Part shown: positions 20,849 through 29,013 of the stretch, piece after piece | Numbering within the stretch: position 1 is the first letter of the stretch | How the letters are laid out: the number at the start of each line of letters is the position of its first letter | IMG/VR virus record: IMGVR_UViG_3300032242_002445 | Span: 2,197 to 66,196 of that record | Length of the DNA stretch: 64,000 nt | Direction: 5' to 3' (one strand) | From: a virus | Taxonomy: Duplodnaviria; Caudoviricetes | Notes under the pieces: model-generated | The model's database searches: none | What the model was told of the DNA's origin: nothing | What the model saw: the letters and a program-made list of their open reading frames with translations, nothing else | Translations under genes and position numbers: made by a program

Positions 20849-22263
20849 TCACCCTTGTATTTTCTAGGGATGTTAGTAGATGCAATCGTATTTCCAGAAG
20901 TAGTGTACTGCATAATTCCCGTGTTCATAGTAAGTGCAATGCTGTTGGCAGTCGAGAAGTCAACCTTTCCTTGCGGTGTGCCCGATATGGCAGTGTTGAG
21001 GTCGTTGTTCCTGATCACATTAGAAGGAAGGATGCTCATCGCGTTGGAGTAGAAGACGTTACCATACAGGGTTCCGGTAGCCTTGATGTTGTTAGCTGTC
21101 GGCAACGACGAAATTGTGTTTGCGATGATGTCGGAGCCCGATGAACCGCCGACACTTCCGCCGAGACCGCCCGGGCCGCCTTGGTTACCCTTGATGTTTG
21201 GATTCCTAATAGTGGTCGGCAAGTTCTGTATAGTTGGGGCGACATAGCCCGAGCAGGCCATAGCTCTCGCGAGTGCCGCGCTCGCGCGCTGCGCGTGCTT
21301 TGCTGCCGAGACGGCACCCATCAGTTTCTTTATCAGCTCGAGCAGCTTCATCGCGGTGCTGAACGAATTTAGCTCGGAGGGGACCTTGATGTTTATGGTG
21401 AAGGTCTTGTCACCTACGTATGCGTCCTCATCTGCCATGGAGGCGAGCAACGAGATTGCCATTCCGAGAAGACCACATGGGTTGTTATTACCCATCATCT
21501 TTTTCATGAGATTATCAAGACAGTACTGGGTGAACCCATCGAACTTACCTCCCGACTTTATCGACGCAGCGGAAGATGCGATTTGTGAGAACATGGAAGC
21601 GAGATCACTGATACCCGTGAGTTGTGTGATGTTCAGGCCTGCGAGTGCCGCGAGAGCGGCGAGTGGAGAGCCGGGAAGCCCTGAGCCATTTGAGGGACCG
21701 CAGGCCGAGCCGCATAGGGCGATAGTAAGTGCACCCAGCAGGCTTCCTGACATTCCTTCTAGAGCGTCCTCGATCGACTGTGCCGAGAGGGTTATGTTAT
21801 CAAGTAGGTCCGAGAGTCCTGCTATCTTACCGACTGCGTTTGAGAGAAGTGACTGAACGGATCCGATAGCTGAGATCGCCGACTGAACGGACTGTACGAG
21901 ACCCAGCGCGCTCGATCCGAGAAGGGAGCCGGCTGCGTCCTGAAGGAGATCGGAGATATTACCGGACAATAGTGATGATATGTCAGCCGACATCGAGAAA
22001 GACTCGATACCGTGAAGGAGGTTCGAGAGAGACCTCATCGCGTCGAGTCCGGATCCACCAAAGATTCCCGAGCCGTTACACTTGTCTATTCTTGAGATCG
22101 CATCGAGTACGGACTCGCCATCGTCGAAGACCTCCGATCCGATCGAGAGCAGGTCCTTGAACTTCATACCGTCAGCCGCGTGATCGACTATGCTCCTGTC
22201 GATGTGCTTGAGCTTGTCGATCCCACGAGCTAGGAAGGCGATGTCGTTGATAAGATCGCTCAT
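20845..22263 (-). CDS. Unknown 472-aa helical Ser/Ala/Leu-rich protein between the gp5 halves
   Basis: Long ORF coupled by ATGA overlaps on both sides. Confidence 0.7.
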   Translation of the reverse strand: MSDLINDIAFLARGIDKLKHIDRSIVDHAADGMKFKDLLSIGSEVFDDGESVLDAISRIDKCNGSGIFGGSGLDAMRSLSNLLHGIESFSMSADISSLLSGNISDLLQDAAGSLLGSSALGLVQSVQSAISAIGSVQSLLSNAVGKIAGLSDLLDNITLSAQSIEDALEGMSGSLLGALTIALCGSACGPSNGSGLPGSPLAALAALAGLNITQLTGISDLASMFSQIASSAASIKSGGKFDGFTQYCLDNLMKKMMGNNNPCGLLGMAISLLASMADEDAYVGDKTFTINIKVPSELNSFSTAMKLLELIKKLMGAVSAAKHAQRASAALARAMACSGYVAPTIQNLPTTIRNPNIKGNQGGPGGLGGSVGGSSGSDIIANTISSLPTANNIKATGTLYGNVFYSNAMSILPSNVIRNNDLNTAISGTPQGKVDFSTANSIALTMNTGIMQYTTSGNTIASTNIPRKYKGE

Positions 22264-22613
22264 GCGTAAGTTGCCCCGCCTTGTCCTGCCGAGTTCCCAT
22301 CCTTGTTGATTGCAGACCTATGGATCGTCCCCATGATGATTGGGATCTGCTTCTCACGATCGACGAAGAAGCCGACGACCGTAGAGTCCTCAAGGATTCC
22401 TGTCGGGCTCCCACCCGTGTGCTCGTAGCTCGCGCTCGTCGCCGGCATCATCGTGTAGGCCCAAGGGAGGTCCGAGTCAGGTACGTCGTTTACGTTGTCG
22501 TGAATGCCGTAGACCCTAACCTGAATGCGACCGGCCTGATGCGGGTCGTCCTTTCGATTCACTACCTTACCGACGAACCAGCTGAAGTTCCCTCCCATAT
22601 TCCTTTCGGTCAT
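22260..22613 (-). CDS. gp5 N-terminal OB-fold as a stand-alone gene
   Basis: WFVGKV...DDP...GRIQVRVYGIH.....DLPWA..MMP.TSAS...VVGFFVD...QIPIIMGTI. Confidence 0.85.
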   Translation of the reverse strand: MTERNMGGNFSWFVGKVVNRKDDPHQAGRIQVRVYGIHDNVNDVPDSDLPWAYTMMPATSASYEHTGGSPTGILEDSTVVGFFVDREKQIPIIMGTIHRSAINKDGNSAGQGGATYA

Positions 22614-23848
22614 TGTACAGGATCCTCCTTGTAGCCGCCCTTGATGCACTCGACAGCGCACGTATATCTAGGGTTTGATCCCTCAGGGCCGATGATGTGT
22701 CTCAGTGACGCGACTAGGTACTTTCCCGAGATGAGCTTGTCGGAGGTCGTCGAGGTAGTACCTTCAGGTTCGAAGATGTCTAGACTGACGAGCTGTCCTG
22801 CCGACATCTCCGAGTCGCCGTAGATGTGCTTGTTCACGGTACCCTGAGCGATCTGAGAGACGAACGACTTCTGCTTAGGTGTCATCTCGTCGATGAAGCT
22901 CTTGAACATGTTGGTATCAACGGGAATAAGCGAGTGGGCCCCGGCAAACTTACCGAAGAGCTGGTTGAACTCGGGGCTGTTAGTCAGCGACAGCTTACCC
23001 TCAGCTCCCGCGTACTTCTTGTTATCGAGGTTAGGGTTGTCCTTTACCTTGTAGGTCAGGTCCTTGAAGTCGAGCACCTTTGTCTGGACATTGACGCCGC
23101 CTCCACCGAGCTTTCCTAAGGTATCGTACTGCCTAGGCTGGTTGAAGGCGAGGATGTTCCTGAAGAAGGGTGAGAACGCATCGGACTGGGCAGTCGACTT
23201 GATCTTGAAGTTCCTATCACCGACCTCGCCTTCCTTGAACAAGGTCTCGATCGTCTTGAAGTGAAAGCCGTCCTTGTTCTCAAAGAACACGAAGGACGAC
23301 GACTCATCCTGAGATGACACTGCGCGACGCCTGAGCATGTCGATTGCCTGGAACGGCTTCATGTTCGGCACTATTACCTTATGGACTCCCTTCGTCTCAC
23401 GGAAGTCTGTGTCCTTGTCGGTCTCGAGGTACTTCGTGCAGATGTCGTCGATGATGCTGTGGATGTTCGTGTTATAGGACTTCTGAATAAATCTGGTCTT
23501 GTGATTGAAGATCTCGGTCGAGAGGCAGACGAGCTTGAACGTCTTCGACTTCTGATTGGAGGTCGTCTGGGCGTCCTCCATGTTCGTGATGTGAAGCTCG
23601 TAGGTTGCGGTTTCCCTGCTGGGTGTTGCGAACTCGATGTTGATCTTCTCCTCGCCTACGAGAGGAAGTAGGTTCGCGATGCTCGCCTCACTGCGGAGGA
23701 TGACCTCGGCGTAGAAGGTAGGCATGAAGATGCTCTCGTAGATGTTCATGTAGATAACGAGCTCAGTCGCGTTTACAGTTCCCTTAGGGGAGTGAATGCT
23801 GACCGTCTTGATGTTAACATTTCCAGGTACGTTGCTCGTTCCGGCCAT
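22610..23848 (-). CDS. Baseplate hub protein (gp27-like)
   Basis: IYESIF...LPLVGEE; PF.AI..L; FVFFEN..GFHFKTIE.L; SGKYLV..LRH; sits between gp53 and gp5. Confidence 0.7.
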   Translation of the reverse strand: MAGTSNVPGNVNIKTVSIHSPKGTVNATELVIYMNIYESIFMPTFYAEVILRSEASIANLLPLVGEEKINIEFATPSRETATYELHITNMEDAQTTSNQKSKTFKLVCLSTEIFNHKTRFIQKSYNTNIHSIIDDICTKYLETDKDTDFRETKGVHKVIVPNMKPFQAIDMLRRRAVSSQDESSSFVFFENKDGFHFKTIETLFKEGEVGDRNFKIKSTAQSDAFSPFFRNILAFNQPRQYDTLGKLGGGGVNVQTKVLDFKDLTYKVKDNPNLDNKKYAGAEGKLSLTNSPEFNQLFGKFAGAHSLIPVDTNMFKSFIDEMTPKQKSFVSQIAQGTVNKHIYGDSEMSAGQLVSLDIFEPEGTTSTTSDKLISGKYLVASLRHIIGPEGSNPRYTCAVECIKGGYKEDPVQ

Positions 23849-23849
23849 T

Positions 23850-24728
23850 CTACTTTGCAAGCTCCTGTTTAAGCTGATTTGCCGAGTCGGTGTACAGTGC
23901 CTTTGAGATAACCTTGACGGTGCTTAGGTTAGAGTTCTTCTCGAGCTCGTAGTCGTACGCGTATACGGGAGAGTAGTAGTCGGACTCACCTGTGTTTGGG
24001 ATGACGTAGCTCACGATACTTGACGAGACGATGTTTGCCGACTCGCCGTTGAGCCCTCTGAGAATGTAACCGGCCTGAAGTCCGCTTGTGATGTTCTTGA
24101 CCGTCAGGACCGCTCCACTCGTGTTGTTAGCGTATGCGACCTCGACACCACCTTTGTAGTTCTGATACTGATCGAGTACGTCGATCAGTGCACCGCTTGC
24201 GAAGTTAAGCTGCGAGTTGGAGTTGTAGGTGGCTGTGATCGTCGAGATGATGTTCGTCTGGTATGTCCAGTCAACCGGCTTCCTGGCATAGTACATAGGA
24301 TTACCGTAGCCGTCGTCAACGGACATCCAGTACTTCTTAAAGTCATTGAGTCCTGAGTAGGAGTTGGCACTTAATTGTCTCTCGTCGGCGAACCAGTTAT
24401 TACGATAGAAAACTATCCTCTTCTGTGCAGTGACGAGGCTGCCGTACTTGTCGATGATGTACCTGTTGAAGGAGTCGGGATCGAGTTTCCAGTCGTGATA
24501 AGGATCGATGACGTCGTTGGCTAGGTAGATGAGCCACGCTCCGTTAGGGTCATCGTAGTACTTGTATGCTATGTAGTCAGGGCGCTGTCCGTCCTCTACC
24601 TGATAGTCGTAGTAGTCATAAGGGTTGTTCTTAGTCTTGCGCGCGACCACAACCCTGCTCAGGAGGTTTAGAGCAGAGGAGCCGTTGTATTTGATCTTGC
24701 TAAACTTCTCGAAGTATCTTTCGACCAT
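23850..24728 (-). CDS. gp53: Baseplate wedge gp53
   Basis: YFEKF..IKY; DGQRPDYIAYKYYDDP..AWLIYLANDVIDPYHDW; YDYELEKN. Confidence 0.88.
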   Translation of the reverse strand: MVERYFEKFSKIKYNGSSALNLLSRVVVARKTKNNPYDYYDYQVEDGQRPDYIAYKYYDDPNGAWLIYLANDVIDPYHDWKLDPDSFNRYIIDKYGSLVTAQKRIVFYRNNWFADERQLSANSYSGLNDFKKYWMSVDDGYGNPMYYARKPVDWTYQTNIISTITATYNSNSQLNFASGALIDVLDQYQNYKGGVEVAYANNTSGAVLTVKNITSGLQAGYILRGLNGESANIVSSSIVSYVIPNTGESDYYSPVYAYDYELEKNSNLSTVKVISKALYTDSANQLKQELAK

Positions 24729-24764
24729 TCTTACGGGTGTCCTTTAATAGAGTCTAGCACTAAC

Positions 24765-25838
24765 TCACTGCGAAGCAGCAGGAGGAGTAGCAGCGCCGCC
24801 TGTGGAGACGCTCTTTGCAAAGTCCGCTGCCGACTTAAGTGCGGACTGCACTCCGGTCACGGCCGCATTATAATTTCCAGAAGCTCCTGCGTAGGTATTG
24901 TTCTGACCACTTGAAATATCTTCCTGTGTCCAGATCTCGATCTCGAGCAGTGATATTGAGAACTCAATTGCAGTAGGAGCGCCTGTTCCTGCAAAGAACG
25001 ACGGCATGTTAGGCGAGTAGTTAATCGAGACGCTCTCGACAACACACGGTTTGAAGCTGTAGAGAAACTTATCTTCCGGTAGTAGTTTAATCATGATAAC
25101 GTCCGGAACTGTAAACAGCGCGTTCTCACCGGTAAGTCCAGGCAAAGCCGACTTCTTAAACTGGCTGATGATGTTATAGAGAGACTGAGACTCCTGCGCG
25201 CTCTCCGGCATGAACTTCCATGCGAACCTGTGCTTCTTTAAGTTGACCTTATTAAACAATACAGTAAGCATCGGGTTCTGTGCGAGCCCAGCTGCGTTGA
25301 GACCTATCTTTCCTAAAGTTCCACCACCAGCTAGCTGTGCAGCACCTGATACTAAGAATGACTGAGCAGCGGCTCCACTTACGGAGCCAACGAGACCTGA
25401 CAGAGTTTGATTTTGTGCGCTCGTTGAATTTCTATAGGCTTCTATTCCTGCTCGCGCACCAGCTCCGGTTGCATCTAATGGGTCAGAACTGTAGTCAAGG
25501 CTGTAGTCGTCGACTAGACTGTTGGGAACAGGCAGGGCAATCATGGCGCCGGAAGGATAAAGCTTGGCAGAGTCCTTAACTGATGGGAATACGTACTTGT
25601 TGAACGCAAATGTCATGAAGTACTTGCCGATGTCCTCAGGATACCTGAGCAGTGCGGAGAAGGGGCGATTCGATACGACGCTCTGCGGACTCTGCCCTAA
25701 CTGACGCGCCGCATTTCTTGCGTTGGCGTAGTTGTTAGTCTCATTCCTCGCCGCCTGACGAGCTGCAATTACCGGATCGATCGGACCGGTTATCGTGCTT
25801 GCCGCACTGGAGAGAACACTTGCGTCTGAGGATGCCAT
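24765..25838 (-). CDS. gp48: Baseplate tail-tube cap gp48-like
   Basis: LRYP..; IALPVP..LVD.YS..Y; NP...VLF....K.H.F.WKFMP.S.QES; FKPCV..S.SINYSP. Confidence 0.75.
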   Translation of the reverse strand: MASSDASVLSSAASTITGPIDPVIAARQAARNETNNYANARNAARQLGQSPQSVVSNRPFSALLRYPEDIGKYFMTFAFNKYVFPSVKDSAKLYPSGAMIALPVPNSLVDDYSLDYSSDPLDATGAGARAGIEAYRNSTSAQNQTLSGLVGSVSGAAAQSFLVSGAAQLAGGGTLGKIGLNAAGLAQNPMLTVLFNKVNLKKHRFAWKFMPESAQESQSLYNIISQFKKSALPGLTGENALFTVPDVIMIKLLPEDKFLYSFKPCVVESVSINYSPNMPSFFAGTGAPTAIEFSISLLEIEIWTQEDISSGQNNTYAGASGNYNAAVTGVQSALKSAADFAKSVSTGGAATPPAASQ

Positions 25839-25861
25839 CTGCTGTCCTGATAAATACTGAT

Positions 25862-26302
25862 ATGGCCTACAAAGGATTCTTCAAGCCCCGGAACCCGTCG
25901 AAGTATCGCGGAGATCCAACTAACATTATTTATAGGTCCAGTTGGGAGCTCAAGCTAATGATGTGGCTTGATCATCACAATGACGTGCTCGAGTGGGGAT
26001 CCGAGGAGTTCTTCATACCTTACAGGAGTCCGATCGACGGACGAGTACACAGGTACTTCCCGGACTTCTTCGTAAAGAAGCGCGGGGCAGACGGAAAGAT
26101 CGAGACCTTGGTCGTCGAGATCAAGCCGCTGAGCCAGACGAGAGAGCCGAAGAAACAGGCGAAGATTACTAGGAAGTACCTGACCGAGGTCGCCACATGG
26201 GGAATAAATAAGTCAAAGTGGAAGGCAGCTGAGGACTACTGCGACGACCGCGGCTGGAAGTTCAAGCTTATCACCGAGCGCGAGCTCAACATAAAGTTCT
26301 AA
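25862..26302 (+). CDS. gp4: Head completion nuclease gp4
   Basis: MAYKGFFKPRNPSKYRGDPTNIIYRSSWE; HRYFPDF; EIKP; NKSKWKAA. Confidence 0.93.
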   Translation: MAYKGFFKPRNPSKYRGDPTNIIYRSSWELKLMMWLDHHNDVLEWGSEEFFIPYRSPIDGRVHRYFPDFFVKKRGADGKIETLVVEIKPLSQTREPKKQAKITRKYLTEVATWGINKSKWKAAEDYCDDRGWKFKLITERELNIKF

Positions 26303-26303
26303 A

Positions 26304-26912
26304 ATGGCTTACATATTTCAGACCATAGCTAAGCAAGCACAGACGGCGAAGGTCTCGCTGACTGATGGAAACGTATCCGACGCTCGAGAGTGGTATCGTA
26401 GAGTCGCCTCGAAGGTCACCCAAGTCAATATAAATCGCCTACAGTCGGACCAGCCTTTCAGGCTCGAGTCGTCGATAAACTTCAGGTCTATCGGAAGGAT
26501 GTACTCGTTCTTCTACGATGCAAAAGGTAAGGACGAGCTGGCGTACTGGGACAGGTACCCTCTGGTATTTCCGATCGAGCTCTACAAGGACGGATTTCTG
26601 GGTATCAACCTCCACTACCTTCCGCCTCGCCTTCGCGCGGCCTTGATGAACAAGCTATATGATACTCTTTCAAACAAGAAGTACGACGAGAGCACCAAAC
26701 TGAAGATAAACTATCAAATTCTAAAGGGCTCGACTAAGTTTAAGTACTTTGAACCGTGCATAAAAAGATACCTTATAACACACGTGAGGTCTAAGTTCAT
26801 GTACATTAGCCCGAGCGAGTGGGATATGGCAATGATGCTGCCGACCGAGAGGTTCGTCGGTGCGCAGAAGTCTACCGTATTCAAGGAATCAATCTCAAAG
26901 GTGCGCAGGTAA
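26304..26912 (+). CDS. gp2: DNA end protector gp2
   Basis: GRMY.FFYDAK.KD.L.YWDRYPLVF...GFLGINLHYLP; CIKRYL..HVRS; LPTERF. Confidence 0.93.
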   Translation: MAYIFQTIAKQAQTAKVSLTDGNVSDAREWYRRVASKVTQVNINRLQSDQPFRLESSINFRSIGRMYSFFYDAKGKDELAYWDRYPLVFPIELYKDGFLGINLHYLPPRLRAALMNKLYDTLSNKKYDESTKLKINYQILKGSTKFKYFEPCIKRYLITHVRSKFMYISPSEWDMAMMLPTERFVGAQKSTVFKESISKVRR

Positions 26913-27625
26913 TGCCGACAAATCTCAACCTCAGCGACTTCAAGTCGGCGGTAGTCAAGAAAGGCTACCTGACTCCCAACCGCTTCCTCGTCACCATACC
27001 GAGTCTTCCAAACGGAGTCCTACAGAGTTCCGGATCCTCGTCCAACTTCGGCTCCTTGACTAACAGCCTTCAGTTCTACATCGACACGTGCAACCTTCCT
27101 GGCGTGCAGATCAACACAAGTGATAACTACAGGTACGGATACGGCGTCGTGGTGAAGCGTCCAACCGGTCTAACCTTTGCCGACATCACGACGTCCGCAC
27201 ACTCCGACTCCGAAGGACAAGTTCTCAAGTTCTTTCAGAACTGGATGAAGGTCATCATGAACTACGACAATCGCACCGGTGACCTCAATGCCCAGACCGG
27301 ACTGATCAGAGGTCAAGTGCCGTATGAGATAGCATACAAGAGCGACTACGCGGTCGACATGACGATCACCGTGTTCAATCAGGCAGGCGATGCAGTCGTT
27401 GAGGTTGACCTTCACGACGCATATCCAATCTTCCTCAACGACATCGGCCTCAGCTGGGCAGAGAACAGCTCGATCATGAGGATTCCTGTAACGTTCACCT
27501 ACAAAAGCTGGAACACCAAGGACCTCTACGTTGGAGGTGCGAACATCAGGACATCGACCGCGCCTAGACAAGCACCGACGTCAGTTGCAGGATACTCAAC
27601 CACCAGCGGATCATCAAGATTCTAA
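26912..27625 (+). CDS. Tail tube family protein (gp54/gp19-like initiator)
   Basis: PNRFLV; NLPG; FF.NWM..I; Y..DY...I; AYP......LSW; PVTFTYK.W. Confidence 0.7.
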   Translation: MPTNLNLSDFKSAVVKKGYLTPNRFLVTIPSLPNGVLQSSGSSSNFGSLTNSLQFYIDTCNLPGVQINTSDNYRYGYGVVVKRPTGLTFADITTSAHSDSEGQVLKFFQNWMKVIMNYDNRTGDLNAQTGLIRGQVPYEIAYKSDYAVDMTITVFNQAGDAVVEVDLHDAYPIFLNDIGLSWAENSSIMRIPVTFTYKSWNTKDLYVGGANIRTSTAPRQAPTSVAGYSTTSGSSRF

Positions 27626-27661
27626 ATCATCAACATAACTACAGAAACGGAGTGAAGTGAA

Positions 27662-28372
27662 ATGGCTTTACCAAAGATAGACTATCCGGTACTCGAGTGC
27701 GAGCAACCTTCGAATAAGAAGAAGGTCAAGTTCCGTCAGATGCTCGTCAAGGACGAGAAGATCCTCCTCATGGCAAAGACGAGCGAGTCGAACGTCGACA
27801 TCATGAGAGCGGTCAAGCAGGTCGTCAACAACTGCGTCCTGAGCGACGACTTCGACGTCGACAAGGCAACGATCTTCGACATCGAGTACATCTTCCTCAG
27901 GATCAGGTCGCAGTCGGTCAACAACATCTCTAAGGTCTCTTACAAGGACCTCGAGGACGATAAGGTATACGACTTCGAGATCCCACTCGACGAGATCAAG
28001 GTCGAGTTCCCCGAGCAGGTATCGAACACCGTTCGCATCAACGAGGCCATCGGCTTCACCCTGAACTATCCGTCGGGCAACACCTACGACGACGAGAAGA
28101 TCATGAACGGTGGCGACGACACTCTCGAGAGGATCATCGTCAACTGCATCGATAAGATCTTCAACGGTGACGAGATGATCGATGCTAAGACCACTCCTAA
28201 GGACGAGCTCATCGAGTTCGTGAACTCGCTCGATGTCAAGACGTACGAGAACGTCAGGAAGTTCCTCTCCTCGATGCCGTACATCAAGCACACGATCAAG
28301 TACACGAACGCGCTCGGCAGGGAGAAGGTGATTAACCTCACGACGTTAACTGATTTTTTTACGTTTGCCTAA
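27662..28372 (+). CDS. gp26: Baseplate hub assembly protein gp26
   Basis: MALPKIDYP...PS..KKVKFR..LVKDEKILLMA; FDIEYIFLRIRS.SV; ends DFFTFA. Confidence 0.9.
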   Translation: MALPKIDYPVLECEQPSNKKKVKFRQMLVKDEKILLMAKTSESNVDIMRAVKQVVNNCVLSDDFDVDKATIFDIEYIFLRIRSQSVNNISKVSYKDLEDDKVYDFEIPLDEIKVEFPEQVSNTVRINEAIGFTLNYPSGNTYDDEKIMNGGDDTLERIIVNCIDKIFNGDEMIDAKTTPKDELIEFVNSLDVKTYENVRKFLSSMPYIKHTIKYTNALGREKVINLTTLTDFFTFA

Positions 28373-28545
28373 GTCACAACACTCTTGAGAACTACTACAG
28401 GACGATCTTCGCTTTGGCACAGCATCATAAATACTCGATAACCGAGATCGAGAACCTCATAATCTTCGAGAGGGACGTGTACGTCGAGATGCTGATGGAC
28501 TACCTCAAGGAAATAGAAGAGAGACAGAACCGTCCAAATGGCTAA
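28354..28545 (+). CDS. gp51: Baseplate hub assembly catalyst gp51-like ORF lacking its own start codon (-1 frame of gp26)
   Basis: Read manually: FFYVCLSHNTLENYYRTIFALAQHHKYSITEIENLIIFERDVYVEMLMDYLKEIEERQNRPNG*; in-frame TGA at 28351-28353 immediately upstream. Confidence 0.85.
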   Translation, partial: FFYVCLSHNTLENYYRTIFALAQHHKYSITEIENLIIFERDVYVEMLMDYLKEIEERQNRPNG

Positions 28546-29002
28546 CTTCAGCGATCCAAATCAGACCACGGTCGTAGTTACTCCGACACAACAGGGGATC
28601 AACCCGACCGTGGCCGCTGCGATCGCGACTACGGAGGTGGCAAAGGCTTCTGTCGGTCTTGCACAGACTGCAATCGACAGCAAGATAGTCGACAAACAAC
28701 TCAGGGAGCAGGACGAACACTGGCTCAAGTCGTACTGGCGTCCGGTAATGGCGTGGCTGTACGGCCTCATCTGCTTCATGGACTTCATTGGGTTCCCCTT
28801 CCTCTCGATGATGAACCCTGTGTTCTATAAGTTCTGGGGGATAGCGGCTATGAGCTATCAACCTTGGGCAAGCCTGACGCTGCAGAACGGCGGGCTCGTT
28901 CACCTTGCTTTCGGTGCTATACTAGGGATTACAGCGTGGACCCGCGGCCAAGAGAAGATAGCCGTAACGAACACAATGAACAATAATAATAACCTGTTGT
29001 AG
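28538..29002 (+). CDS. Putative holin (3TM/GTA-type)
   Basis: WLKSYWRPVMAWLY..IC..DF...P; LTLQNGGLVHLAFGAILGI.AWTRGQEK; hydrophobic segments. Confidence 0.7.
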   Translation: MANFSDPNQTTVVVTPTQQGINPTVAAAIATTEVAKASVGLAQTAIDSKIVDKQLREQDEHWLKSYWRPVMAWLYGLICFMDFIGFPFLSMMNPVFYKFWGIAAMSYQPWASLTLQNGGLVHLAFGAILGITAWTRGQEKIAVTNTMNNNNNLL

Positions 29003-29013
29003 GATAACAAAAG

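Noticed and set aside
25799-26911. Extended ORF-track starts for gp4 (25799) and the tube gene (26819); likewise gp59, thyX and speD
   Set aside because: They overlap neighbouring genes; downstream ATGs match conserved N-termini and translational coupling
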